Assembly (NCBI GenBank): GCA_963771175.1
Contig: CAVYSY010000040.1
Location: forward strand, 384,001 to 448,000
Direction of reading: 5' to 3'
Origin: an uncultured delta proteobacterium
GTDB lineage: Bacteria; Myxococcota; Myxococcia; Myxococcales; Myxococcaceae
DNA length: 64,000 nucleotides
Shown: in pieces, positions 20,222-30,646 of the stretch
Layout of the letters: each line of letters starts with the position of its first letter
Position numbering within the stretch: position 1 is the stretch's first letter
Translations under genes and position numbers: made by a program
Notes under the pieces: model-generated
Database searches by the model: none
What the model was told of the DNA's origin: nothing
What the model saw: only the letters and a program-made list of their open reading frames with translations

Positions 20222-21370
20222 GGGAACACCACCGGAGTCGTGGAGCCGTAGCCTTCGCGGATCAGGGTGAAGCGCTGCTTGTAATCACCCCGCCGGATCG
20301 AATGTGACACGCGCTTGACGTAATAGAGGCCGTCGTGGAGGTAGCCCACCCCGCGGACCCCGACGAGGCCCCGCGGCTGGAGCAGCGCGCCGTAGCGCAG
20401 TGCGTCGAGCTCGCCGGAGGCCGTGAGCACCCGATCCGCCGAGGCGTCCGTGCGTCCCTGGGCGCGCGCGAGCGCCTGGGTGTAGGTGAGCCCGCCGGTG
20501 TTGTCGAGCGGCTGCTTGCGGACGTTGGGTTGCTGCACCAGCACCGCCGGCATCGCCGCCAGGGGGGGCAGGCGCAGGGTCGCGAACGTCTGGTAGGGCA
20601 TGGACTGGTTGAACTGCCGGTCCTGGACGTTGCCCGCGACGGTGGTCTGCTCCAGGGCGTTGTATTGGAAGCTGGATGGAGTCCACGTTCGTCGCCGCGC
20701 CCATGTTCACCGAGAGCGCCGGCTGCGGCGGAGCGAAGCGCTTCGGCGGCCCCCACCAGGCGGTGTTCGTCATCGGGGCGGGCCCCGGGGCGACGTAGAA
20801 GACGTAGCCGTGCCGGGCGGCCAGCTCGCGCAGGAAGCCGAGGTCCGTGTCCGCGCTGGATCGGCGTCCGCTCGATCGGCAGCGGCGGATCGATCACGAC
20901 GGTCGGCGGCATCACCATGGGGATGAGACCGTACTGGGCGTAGCTGCCGATCAGCTTGAGGGCGATGACCGTCTCGTCCTGGGCCGGGTGCTCGGCCTGC
21001 TTCTGCTCCAGGTCCATCATCACGCTGACGTCCTCCCCGGTCAGCGTCAGGCGCGACTCGCCCGGCTCGGCTTCCGGGGGAGAACTGCACGTCGGTGATC
21101 ACCCCGTCCATCAGCACCTGGGGCATCAGGTTGAACGTCACCACGAGCACGACGCGGTTGAAGGGCTTGAACAAGCGGGTTCGCCAGCAGCGGGTACTCG
21201 AGGAGCGTCGCCCTGCCCGGAGCGGCCCACCTGGAAGGTGAGCTGGAACCCGGAGCGCCCCTCGTCGCCGTGGGACACCTCGACGGCTCTCCAGCGCCTC
21301 CACCACGGGCAGCGGGGACCGGCACCGCGACCGTCGGGCCCATCATCATGGTCAGGTGCACACCCAGCAC
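20218..21370 (-). CDS. eCIS hub protein (gp27/late control D-like; several frameshifts)
   Basis: MLGVHLTMMMGPTVAVP, FKPFNRVVLVVTF...VLMDGVIT, C-terminal 'ASGELDALRYGALLQPRGLVGVRGVGYLHDGLYYVKRVSHSI..GDYKQRFTL.REG'. Confidence 0.78.
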
Positions 21371-21373
21371 GGC

Positions 21374-21674
21374 TCACCTCAGGCTGCGGCATCGGGATCG
21401 CGGAGCGATCCGCTCCGGTCTCTTCCAGCAGCTCGAACGGGCTCAGGGCGTTGTTCGCGTCGCAGATGCGCCAGAACAGCTCCGGGTCGCCGATGGTGCG
21501 GGTGGCGAGCAGATCGAGGCGCTCGTTCTGGGCGGGGATCACCTCGCTCAAGGTGAGCGGCTCCGAGGCGAGAGGGCACGAAGCGGCGGCGCTTGTAGGC
21601 GCTCAGCCGGCCATCCGGCAGTCGTCGAACGTCGCCGTCTCGAGGCTGTAGTAACGACTCTTCGCGTCGAACAT
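21374..21674 (-). CDS. Small LysM/tail-X-like eCIS protein (frameshifted; 3' end approximate)
   Basis: MFDAKSRYY...AYKRRRFVP and 'NERLDLLATRTIGDPELFWRICDAN', typical of the LysM-like tail initiator partner. Confidence 0.72.
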
Positions 21675-21682
21675 GCGGCACC

Positions 21683-22336
21683 TCAGAACAGTCGGGTGTT
21701 TCCGCCCAGCGCCCGGGACAGATTGCCGGCGCTCTCCACCGTCGCCATGGCTTCCTTCACGACCTGGTGGGCGAGGAAGAGGGCGTAGCCCGGGTGCGTC
21801 AGGGGCAGATCGCTGTAGGTCAGCACGCGCAGCGACAGCGAGACGCGGGCGCGCAGCGGATTGAGGTTGTTGTCGTAGGCCTCCTCGGTGATGGAGAAGT
21901 CGGAGATGCGGACCGGCAGCACGCGCCGGCTCCCCCAGATGAAGAGGGTGAGGGGCGCCATGGGCGGGACGATCTCCAGGGTGCCCACCGCCATCAGGAT
22001 GCTGTTGGCGATGACGAGCGAGCTCTTCGGATAGAGCAGCATCTCCAGCGCGGCGAGCTTGGGGTGGATGCCCGCGGACGTGGCGACGGGGTCTCCGGTC
22101 TCGAGCTGCTCGGTGGCATCGAACTCGACGTCGAGCTTGATGGTTTCGACGGGCGCGCCGTTCAGGCGCAGGGCTTCGGGGCGGGCCCCGTTGTCGCTGG
22201 GGCCCTGCGCCTGGAGCGAACGCGTGAGGGTGTCGGGGTTGTATTGGAACAGGATGGTGCTGGGGACGGGGTTGAAGACGTCCACCGAGACGAGGGCACC
22301 CCGCAGCATCCGCGGCGAACGGGACGAGGAGGTCAT
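21683..22336 (-). CDS. CIS tube-initiator protein (Afp7/Pvc7-like)
   Basis: 'ILFQYNPDTLTRSLQ...PVETIKLDVEFDAT...PLTLFIWGSRRVLPVRISDFSITEEAYD..LNPLRARVSLSLRVL'. Confidence 0.82.
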   Translation of the reverse strand: MTSSSRSPRMLRGALVSVDVFNPVPSTILFQYNPDTLTRSLQAQGPSDNGARPEALRLNGAPVETIKLDVEFDATEQLETGDPVATSAGIHPKLAALEMLLYPKSSLVIANSILMAVGTLEIVPPMAPLTLFIWGSRRVLPVRISDFSITEEAYDNNLNPLRARVSLSLRVLTYSDLPLTHPGYALFLAHQVVKEAMATVESAGNLSRALGGNTRLF

Positions 22337-22337
22337 G

Positions 22338-22595
22338 TCACTTCCACCCTTGATGGATGGCCCGCGCCACGCTCTGGCCGAGCTGCGCCGGCCGCGCTTC
22401 CGGCGCGAGGGTGATCGGCCCGGGGGCGACCCGCGCGGCGAGCTCCGGCCGGGCCAGCAGCGTGGAGATTCCCTCGCGGGCGACGAGCGCCTGCAGCTCG
22501 CGCTGGAGCGCGTCCGCCACCGCGTGCCGGTCGGCGGGATCCACGCCGTGCAGCACCAGCTCCTCGATGTGGATCTCGATCTGCCTCGGTGTCAT
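22338..22595 (-). CDS. Small eCIS-associated hypothetical protein
   Basis: MTPRQIEIHIEELVLHGVDPADRHAVADALQREL...LGQSVARAIHQG; ATGA overlap with the ATPase stop. Confidence 0.65.
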   Translation of the reverse strand: MTPRQIEIHIEELVLHGVDPADRHAVADALQRELQALVAREGISTLLARPELAARVAPGPITLAPEARPAQLGQSVARAIHQGWK

Positions 22596-24547
22596 AGCCA
22601 TCCGGCCACCTCCGCATCGGTCAGGGGCTTGTCGAGCTTGGCGTACTCCATGCGGGTGGCCCGGAGCAGGTGGGCCATGCCGACGGGGGCCGCCCTCGGC
22701 GGCGGCCATGAAGGCGGCGTTGAGGGCGATGTTGCGGATGTTGCCGCCCGCGATGTTCAGCGCGCGCCAGGCGTGCGTAGTCCAGGCCGTCCAGCGGTGT
22801 TCGCCTGCGGGAAGACGCGCCGCCAGATCTCCTGCGCGCTGCACCGCGTCCGGGAACGGGAACTGCACCACGAAGCGCAGGCGGCGCATGAAGGCCAGAT
22901 CCAGCGCGCTCTTGAAGTTCGTCGTGAGGATGGCCAGCCCGCGGTAGGCCTCCATCCGCTGCAGCAGGTAGCTCACCTCGAGGTTGGCGTAGCGGTCGTG
23001 GCTGTCCTTCACCTCGCTGCGCTTGCCGAAGAGCGCGTCCGCCTCGTCGAAGAGCAGGATGCGCCCCGCCCTCGTCGGCGGCGTCGAAGATCGCGGCGCA
23101 GGTTCTTCTCCGTCTCGCCGATGTACTTGCTCACGACCTGGCTGAGATCGATGCGGTAGAGATCGAGCTCGCAGCTCGGCCGCCAGCACCTCGGCGGCCA
23201 TCGTCTTGCCGGTGCCGCTCGGCCCGGCGAAGAGGGCGCTGATGCCCAGGCCGCGGCGCGTGCGGTCGGCGAAGCCCCAGGTGTCGTAGACGCGGCCGCG
23301 CTGGCGGACGTGGGCGACGATCTCCCGGAGCAGCTGCGTCCTGCGGCTCGGGCAGGACGAGGTCGTCCCAGGTCGCGCAGGGCCTCGATGCGCTGCGCGA
23401 GATCCTCCAGCCGCGGGCGCGACTGGCTCCGGCAGGCGGCCCAGAGCGCCTGCTCCAGCCGGAGCGCTGGGCCGGAGGCCGCGATCGCCGAGGCGGTCGC
23501 GGCTTGAATCGCGGTGGGCCCCAGGTGGAACTGGGTGGCGAGCTCGTCGATTCGCTCCTCCAACCCGGTGGCGGCCGTCCCCAGGTACCGCCGCCACAGG
23601 AGGCGTCCCTCCTCGGCGCGCGGCGGCTCCAGCTCGAGGCGGACGCTCGCGCGCCCGTCCAGGTGAAGCGCCGTCCGGGCACCGAGTACGAGGGGACAGC
23701 GGAGCGCCTGGGCCAGGAGGGTGGCGGCGCGCCGGAGCTCCGGCGTCTCGTCCTCCGGCCACTCCAGGAGCAGGAGGCCGTTGGACAGGAGCGCCTCGCG
23801 CTCCCACAGCCGCTGTAGCCACACGAGCTCCTGGTGATTCGTGGGCAGGCCCGCCGGCCGCAGCCGGAGCAGGGTCATCCCGATCCGCCGGGCGGCTTCG
23901 GCCGTGATGGCGGCGCGCTGGACCCGATCCCCGCCGCACAGCAGCGCCACGGGCCGGAGGGCCGGAAGCGCGGAGGACCAGAGGGCCGCGAGCCGCTCGA
24001 TCACGGGCTCGTGGGAGGGCGCCAGCTCGCCCTCGCCGCTCGCGGGCTCGGCGGAGCTCTCGAGCCGGGCGTCCAAACCCTCCAGGCCGACGAGGTAATG
24101 CAACACCCGCTCTTCGATCCGCAGCGGGCTCTGCATCAGGCTCTCTCCGGGCCCCACCTCCACGAGCCGCCAGCGCCGCAGCGGCGCGGCGGGGACGAGC
24201 GCGCTCCAGTGGGCCTTCGGCAGCAGGGTCATGCTCAGGCCGAAGGTGGGATGGATCCGCCGGGGATCTCCGTTCGCCTGGGCGATCAGGCCGGGCAGGC
24301 TCCCGTCCAGCTCCACCGCGGCGCAGAACAGCAGGATGGACCGCTCGAAGGGCGAGAGCCCGAGGACGCGGGTGAGCCGATCGAGGTTGGAGACGAAGCC
24401 GGGCGCGTGCGCCTCCGGGGGCGGATCGATCGCGGGCGCGCTCCCCGCCGGCGCCAGGTGACGCTCCAGATGGCCGCGCAACGCCTGGAGCTCCACCACC
24501 AGGTAGCGCTGGTTCTCCTCGTGCCAGGTCCCCTCGGGGCGGGTCAT
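22592..24547 (-). CDS. eCIS AAA+ ATPase (Afp15/Pvc15-like; frameshifted)
   Basis: Walker A GPSGTGKT, 'LYRIDLSQVVSKYIGETEKNL', Walker B ILLFDEADALFGKRSEVKDSHDRYANLEVSYLLQRME. Confidence 0.9.
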
Positions 24548-25788
24548 AGGATCTCCAGCGTGGGCCCGGTGAAGGAGGGGGGCGTCGTGGTCTTGTCGAC
24601 GATGAGGCTGTCCACGCCGTCCACGCGCAGCCGAGGCCGATACGTCCCGGCGCCGAGCCCCACGAGCTTGAACTGCAGCGTGGCCGTCTGCTTCGTGAAC
24701 GCGGCGGGCTTGAGCTCGCGATTGCCCACGAGCAGGGAGACGCGCTGGCCGGGCAGGACCTGGGGCGAGACGCCGACGGTCAGCGCGAGGGTGCCGCTCT
24801 GATCCAACTTCCCGGAGGCCGGATGGATCGAGGTGATGGAGGGGGCCAGCGAGAAGGTGAGCTCGTTGGTGAAGACCTCTGGCTCGCCGAGCCGGCGGGT
24901 GATGCCCAGGGAGAGCGTGTACATGCCCGCGGGAAGGTTGGCCTCCGCGTCCTTGCCGGCGGGGAGCAGGAAGGAAACGCCGCGAGCCGAGAGCGCGCTC
25001 GGGCCGAGGTAGCGAGCGTCGCTCCACCGGCTGTGCGTGATGGCGACGCGAACCTGCTCTCCCGCCAGGAGGTGGCCGTTGAGCTTCAGGAGCTCGCCCA
25101 GGCGGACGCTCGCCTGCCGAGCCGGAGGCGCGAGCGACTCGAGGCCCGGCGTCACCGGCTCGAGGTCCGATTGCACGGAGACGCCGGAATTGCCGGAGCC
25201 CACTGTGAGGACGGGCAGCGGCGCGCGGACGGAGCGGGAGCTATCGATGAGCACCACCGAGACCTGCCAGGCCACCGAGATGTTGTAGGGCTTCTGGAAC
25301 ATGCTCCAGAGCTTCGACATCTCCTCCACCGAGAGCGTGTGGGGGACGAGGCGGATCCGCTCCACCTGCTCGTGGACGTCCGAGTGGAGCAGGGCGGCCT
25401 GGAGCTCTTTGGCGCCGAGGACGGCGTGATCGTGCAGGACGCTGAGCGCGCGGCCGAGGAGGCGGTGGGCCTCGACACCGTCGTTGTTGGGCGCGTAGGC
25501 GGTGAGCAGGTAGTAGAGGTCGAGCGCGAGCGGGGGGAAGCCCGTCTCGCCGTTCTTCACCTGGCGGGGGAGAACCTCGTTGCGCCACGCCGCGTTCGGG
25601 ACGGCCTGGTAGAGGAACAGGTTGATCTGATCGTGGTTCTCCAGGGACGGCGGGCGCGCCTGATCGGGAGGGCTGAGGGTGACGTTGAGCTCGTAACTGA
25701 AGCCTCCCGGCGAGCTGTTCTGGAGGCCATTGAGGAGCAATTGCCGGAGGGTCGCGGTCACGGCGGCGATGGCCAGGTAGTTGCTCAC
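24544..25788 (-). CDS. DUF4255 tail terminator/cap (Afp16/Pvc16-like) with two C-terminal IPT/TIG-like domains
   Basis: MSNYLAIAAVTATLRQLL...INLFLYQAVPNAAWRN...PPLALDLYYLLTAY...EEMSKLWS...SVAWQVSVVLI, followed by two beta-rich Ig-like segments. Confidence 0.88.
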   Translation of the reverse strand: MSNYLAIAAVTATLRQLLLNGLQNSSPGGFSYELNVTLSPPDQARPPSLENHDQINLFLYQAVPNAAWRNEVLPRQVKNGETGFPPLALDLYYLLTAYAPNNDGVEAHRLLGRALSVLHDHAVLGAKELQAALLHSDVHEQVERIRLVPHTLSVEEMSKLWSMFQKPYNISVAWQVSVVLIDSSRSVRAPLPVLTVGSGNSGVSVQSDLEPVTPGLESLAPPARQASVRLGELLKLNGHLLAGEQVRVAITHSRWSDARYLGPSALSARGVSFLLPAGKDAEANLPAGMYTLSLGITRRLGEPEVFTNELTFSLAPSITSIHPASGKLDQSGTLALTVGVSPQVLPGQRVSLLVGNRELKPAAFTKQTATLQFKLVGLGAGTYRPRLRVDGVDSLIVDKTTTPPSFTGPTLEIL

Positions 25789-26933
25789 GGCTCACCTCCC
25801 CGCCGTCGCTTGAGGTAGGCCTCGAGCGACATGCCCGGTGACGGTCGCGGTGTCGGCTTCTGCGGCGCGGGGGCACTGGGCCGCGTGGCCCGGACCTCGA
25901 GCCGGCCGATGGTGATCCGGACGACGGGCGGCTCCGCCGAGGTGGCCTGGGGTTTGGGCGCGGCGGGCGGGGCGTCGGAAGGCCTCGGCGCGGCGGGCGA
26001 ATGGGGAGCGCCGGAGAGCGCGGCCTCGGGAGGCCCCGCCTGCCGGGGGCGCAACGGAGGCCCGGACCTCGTCTCGCGCGCGGGAGGGAGCGCCCGCGTC
26101 GCCCCGGAGTCTTCTGGAGCGGTGAGGGGACTCGGCGAGGCCGGCTTCGGTGGGGGCGCCTCCTCGCGCGGCGGATGGAGCGATGCGCGCTCCAGCGGAG
26201 GCTGGGACACGAGAGGGGCGGCCCCGCGCGGCTCCGGCGACAGGCGCGGCTGCGGATCGACGCGCATTGACCGTTCCGGCTCCCTCGCCGCCAGGGAGTG
26301 TTGCTCGTCGCGCGTTGGAGGGGGGGGCACGTCCGCGGCCGCGACCCGGTTGTCCCCGTGAAGGAGAGCGCCCGCGTGTGGCGCGCCGGGCACCCCGCCA
26401 GAGCCCGACGCGGCGCGCACCTCGCTCGTGAGTCGCGGCTCGAGCGCCGGTGCTTGGGAGCGGGCGGGTTCCGCTGCCCACCGGCCCTCCGAGCCGCCAT
26501 CCTCTCCCGGAGCCTGGGCTCCCGGATGAGGCGCTTCACCCCGAGTGGGCGGAGTCGGCCGCGTCTGCCGCGCTGGCGGCCGTGCCTCCGGCGTGGGGGC
26601 GGCCCCGCGAGGTATTTCATCCACCGAGGGGACCCCCGCCTCGAGCCCGACGCGTGGCGCTCCCGGCGTGAGGGCGGGCCCGCGAGGCGCGGCGTCGACC
26701 GGAGGGGCACTCGCTTCGACGTGCTGCTCCCGAAGTACCTCGTCCCCGGCCGTCGGCTCGGCGCGGAGCGACAGACCCAGGGAGGGCATCTCCGGCAGAA
26801 TCGCCGGGGACGACGCGTTCTCGAGCGAGGCCGCGTCCGCACCGAGCGGCTCGAAGCGGCTGGGCAGACGAGGGCGGAGTGGAGGCGCTCCCTCTCGCGA
26901 GGGGTTGAGCAAGCGGGTCAGGAAGTCGCTCAT
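25785..26933 (-). CDS. Pro/Ala-rich eCIS-associated protein
   Basis: Ordered-looking ends (MSDFLTRLL...LRPRLPSRFEP; VVRITIGRLEVRA...MSLEAYLKRRR) around a low-complexity core. Overlaps both neighbours by 4 bp. Confidence 0.65.
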   Translation of the reverse strand: MSDFLTRLLNPSREGAPPLRPRLPSRFEPLGADAASLENASSPAILPEMPSLGLSLRAEPTAGDEVLREQHVEASAPPVDAAPRGPALTPGAPRVGLEAGVPSVDEIPRGAAPTPEARPPARQTRPTPPTRGEAPHPGAQAPGEDGGSEGRWAAEPARSQAPALEPRLTSEVRAASGSGGVPGAPHAGALLHGDNRVAAADVPPPPTRDEQHSLAAREPERSMRVDPQPRLSPEPRGAAPLVSQPPLERASLHPPREEAPPPKPASPSPLTAPEDSGATRALPPARETRSGPPLRPRQAGPPEAALSGAPHSPAAPRPSDAPPAAPKPQATSAEPPVVRITIGRLEVRATRPSAPAPQKPTPRPSPGMSLEAYLKRRRGGEP

Positions 26934-27661
26934 CCGTCTACTAGGTCGAGATAGATCTGACGCTTCCATGGGCTCATCGCCGCGATGCTCTCTTCACTCC
27001 AGCCGTACACCTTCGCGATCGCGTGAACCTCCCCCAGCAGCCGGCGGACCCAAGCATCGAGCCGCGCCCACAGGAACGAATCCACCTCCAGGGCCGACGA
27101 CCACGCGTGGCCGCAACTGCCGCACTGCAAGCCGAAGTCGAGGGCCGCCAGTGGATCGTACTCCTCCATCCGGGCGCTGATGCCCGCGGCCACCTCGGGC
27201 GGCGCCAGGGAAATGCTCGTGGCCTCCTGTCCGCGGCGGCACGTGATGACACACCGCTGGAGCAGCGTGTCCCTCGCCACCGCCACGTCGCGCTCGCCCT
27301 GCACCGCATCCACATCCGCTTCGGTCGGGAGCCGGAACGAGACGTCCCACTTCCCCACTTGGAGCTGCGCGGGCTCCGCCGGGGCGACACGCTCCTGCGC
27401 CAAGATTTCCTCCGCGTCGAGCTCCAGCTCCAGCTCCTCACCGCAGGCCGGACAGGTCGTGCTACAGGCCAACCGCAGGCCGAACATCGCCGTGTGCAGG
27501 CGCAGGAGCTGGGCGTTGGCTCTTCCGATTTCGAGCTGCTCGGGAGCGCGCCCGCCGGGGGAGCCGGCGGCGGTCAGCAACTCCCGGCGGCGTCCGCGAG
27601 GAGGACTGGACGCCGCCCGCTCCCACAGCTCCAGCCACGCGAGGGCGCCCGTACGGCTCAC
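26930..27661 (-). CDS. T4 gp26-like baseplate/tail assembly protein (two CxxC motifs)
   Basis: CPACGEELE, FRLPT..D, DPLA......CGSCGHAW, 'EVHAIAKVYGWSEESIAAMSPWKRQIYLDLV'. Confidence 0.75.
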   Translation of the reverse strand: MSRTGALAWLELWERAASSPPRGRRRELLTAAGSPGGRAPEQLEIGRANAQLLRLHTAMFGLRLACSTTCPACGEELELELDAEEILAQERVAPAEPAQLQVGKWDVSFRLPTEADVDAVQGERDVAVARDTLLQRCVITCRRGQEATSISLAPPEVAAGISARMEEYDPLAALDFGLQCGSCGHAWSSALEVDSFLWARLDAWVRRLLGEVHAIAKVYGWSEESIAAMSPWKRQIYLDLVDG

Positions 27662-28183
27662 TCAGGCTCACCGAAGCTGGGCTCGCTCGGCTCCTTCACC
27701 TCGTAATCCCGCTCCCAGCCCTCGTTCTCCAGCTTGATGTGCTGGATCGCCACCGCGTTGGCGTTGGCATCCAGATCCGGCAGCGCCTGGAACTCCGAAA
27801 CCCAGCAGCGGTAGAGCTTGTAGGAGATCACCAGCTGCCCCGCCTCGTTGTACATCTCGAGGATGATGTCCTTGCGGAAGTCCTTGAGCGAGACCTCCGA
27901 GCCCAGACCCGAGCCGAGATTCCAGATCTTGTTGGCCCACTTCTCGAACTCGGTGTCATGCGTCACACCGCGCTCGAGCGGTGATGGCGTCGTACTCCGT
28001 CCGTCCGGGAGACTTGCGGCTGGAGCTGGGATCGCCGCCGTCCCGGTGCTTCACCACCTCGGTCGTCCGCTTCAGGGCGCCCACCTTGCTCACGCCCGCG
28101 ACGTACCGCCCGTCCCACTTCACCCGGAACTTGAAGTTCTTGTACGGATCGAGCCGGTACGTATTCACACTGAACGTAGCCAT
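27658..28183 (-). CDS. Tail tube protein (T4 gp19 / Afp1-Afp5-like; frameshift near 27980)
   Basis: MATFSVNTYRLDPYKNFKFRVKWDGRYVAGVSKVGALKRTTEVVKHR.GGD...PGRTEYDAIT / ERGVTHDTEFEKWA...LDANANAVAIQHIKLENEGWERD. Confidence 0.92.
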
Positions 28184-28197
28184 GACGTGATGTCTCC

Positions 28198-30553
28198 TCA
28201 GGCCTCGAGCTGACCGGCGATCTGCTGCAACTGGATGATCACGAACTCCGCCGGTTTGAGCGGCGCGAAACCGACGACGATATTGACGATGCCGCGGTCG
28301 ATGTCCGCCTGGGTCGTCGTCTCGTTGTCGCACTTGACGAAGTAGGCCTCCGCGGGGTGACTTGCCCTGGAACGCGCCTTGCCGGAAGAGACCGTGCATG
28401 AACGTGCCGAGGTTGAGCCGGATCTGGGCCCAGAGCGGCGCGTCGTTGGGCTCGAAGACGACCCACTGCGTCCCGCGGAAGAGGCTCTCCTCGATGTACA
28501 GGGCGAGCCGCCGAATGGGCACGTACTTGTACTCATCCGCCTGCTGATCGGCGCCACGGGTGGTGCGGGCGCCCCAGGCGATCCGGCCGTAGACGGGGAG
28601 CGAGCGCAGGCAGTTGATTCCCAGCGGGTTGAGCACGCCGTTCTCCGCGTCCGTGACGTTATAGGCGAGGCCCTGCACGTTGATCAGGGTGGCCTCGGTG
28701 CCCGCCGGGGCCTTCCAGACGCCGCGGGCGCTGTCGATCCGCGCGTACAGCCCGGCCACGGTGCCGGACGGGGGCAGGCTCCGCAGCCGGTAGTTGTCGA
28801 GCGGATCTGGCACGAGCACGTTGGGCCAGTAGAGGGCCGCGTTGCGCTCCGGCGTCAGCTTGTCCGTCATCCACTCCTTGATGCCTTGGGTCGAGCCCGA
28901 AACGGCTGTTCGGCTGGTGGGGGGATCCACGAGGAAGAAGGCCCGCCGCTTCGTGCAGTAGGCGGTAGCCTGGGAGATGACGGCCAGGGCGTCGGTTTCT
29001 CCCAGGTCGGCCGTGCGCGGGATGCACAGCAGGCTGAAGAAGTTGACGTCCTCGAGCGCGTACAAGCCGGTCTTGGTGGACTCCTCCCCGATGAGCTGCG
29101 TGCCGGTGGGGGCCGATCCGTCCATGCCGGGCGAGGCGCCGGCTTGTCGTCCGTACGTCCCGCCCACGCCCACCGAGTAGCGCTGGACATTGGAGTTCTC
29201 GTTCAGCTTCAGGCGCGCGAGCAGACCCTCGGAAGCAGGCTGCCCCTGGCCGAGCTGGTCCGCGAAGGTGCTCAACGCATCCGTCGTCTCGATGCCGGAG
29301 AGGATCTGGATGCGCCTGCCGACGACGCGGACCGTGGCCCGGGTGAAGGCCGGCAGCGTGCTGGAGGCCCGGATGAGAGACTGGAGGGTGCTGGCCAGCT
29401 CACCGAGCTCCGCGAGCGTGTAGCTGGTCTTCGAGCTCGCCAGGCTGAACGTCGTGGTGGCCGAGGTGGCGCCCCCGGCGACCGCCACCGTCATCTGTAC
29501 GGTGTTCTTCGGGAGGTTGGTCAGGTCGGCCGTGGTGAGGTCGGCCGAGGTATTGCCGCCCGGAGCGGGGCGCAGGGCCGCGGCGGCCTCGCTCTCGCGT
29601 CCGCCGTTGGCCAGGCCGAGCTTCAGCAACTGCGCCGCGTCGGCCTTGGGGGCGCTGAAGACGCGGACGGACGAGCGCTCCTGCGCCGCGCCGGACACTG
29701 CCCCGGCCGTGAAGCGCAGCCGGTTGTTGACCGCCTGCGCGGCAAATTTTTCGTAGGCGGCCGAGCCCGGCTTGATGGCCTTCACCCGAGGGGTGAGAGC
29801 GGCGGCCAGCCCCGTCAGATCCGCCGGCTTGCTCGACGGATCAAACAATTGGATGACGCTCGGTGTATCTCCGTTGATGGAGATGGAGATGTATTGATGA
29901 TTCGCGTCGAGATCGGCAAAGGAGAGCTTCGAGAGATCTCCGGATTCGCTCCAGCCGGACGAGAGGCCCCCGAGCGCCGTCGAGTCGATCTGCTCGTCGC
30001 GGGCGAGGGTGATCAGCGCGGAATTGTTGTTGACGGTGCTGACCGCGTACTGAGCGGAGTTTGAGTCCATGCCCAGGTTGCGGTGCGACTCCGTGCGGCT
30101 CACCACGAGCTGCGTCCCGTTGGACTTGTACTCGGTGACGGTGAGATTGAAGGTCGAGTCTGGATTGCTCGTGGCGTAGTCGACATCGAGCCGGAGGTTG
30201 TTGCCCCAGGCGCCCTCACTGCGCGCCGTGACGGAGAGGACGGACGTCCCGCCGAGGCTCTTCAGGGTCAGCGCGGCCTTGGAGGCGCCATTGGCGGTGC
30301 GCACCACCCACGCCTCGCTGCCGCCGTTGAGGAAGAATTGGCGGACCGCGTAGCTCACCTCGCTGTCGCGGCTCAGCCCACCGAAGGCCCGCTCGAAGTC
30401 ACCAAAGTTGAACAACTGTATGGGCTCTTCGACCGGCCCCTGGGCGGTGAAGCCGACGAAGGCCGTCACGGAGGTACCCACTCCCGTGATGGTACGGACT
30501 CCGCTCGGAATCTCCTCGACGTAGACTCCCGGGTACGTGGGCGCGACAGGCAT
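28198..30553 (-). CDS. Contractile tail sheath protein (frameshift near 28355)
   Basis: YPGVYVEEIPSGVRTITGVGTSVTAFVG, FFLNGG, RGVWKAPAG, LNPLGINCLR, WGART, YVPIRR, VFEPND..LW, 'VVGFAPLKPAEFVIIQLQQ'. Confidence 0.95.
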
Positions 30554-30617
30554 TTGCGTTTCCCCCTCGATGCGCGTTCCACGTCGTCAACCAAAGCTAA
30601 ACGCGCTAGCCCGGATC

Positions 30618-30646
30618 TCTATAAAAAAGCCGGGTTCTACTGTCAA
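30618..30646 (-). promoter_or_regulatory. Sigma70-type promoter upstream of the eCIS operon
   Basis: Minus strand reads TTGACA (30646-30641), 17 nt, TATAGA (30623-30618), ~65 bp upstream of the sheath ATG, in an AT-rich patch. Confidence 0.65.

Noticed and set aside
8238..30553. Prophage or type VI secretion system
   Set aside because: No capsid, portal, terminase, integrase or replication genes; no TssJLM, TssK or ClpV. Single-gene sheath, DUF4255 and an Afp15-like ATPase fit an eCIS.
27956..30553. Sheath-tube fusion protein (865-aa ORF)
   Set aside because: Caused by an indel near 28355. The true sheath C-terminus is in another frame ending at 28198, and the tube has its own RBS and ATG at 28183.
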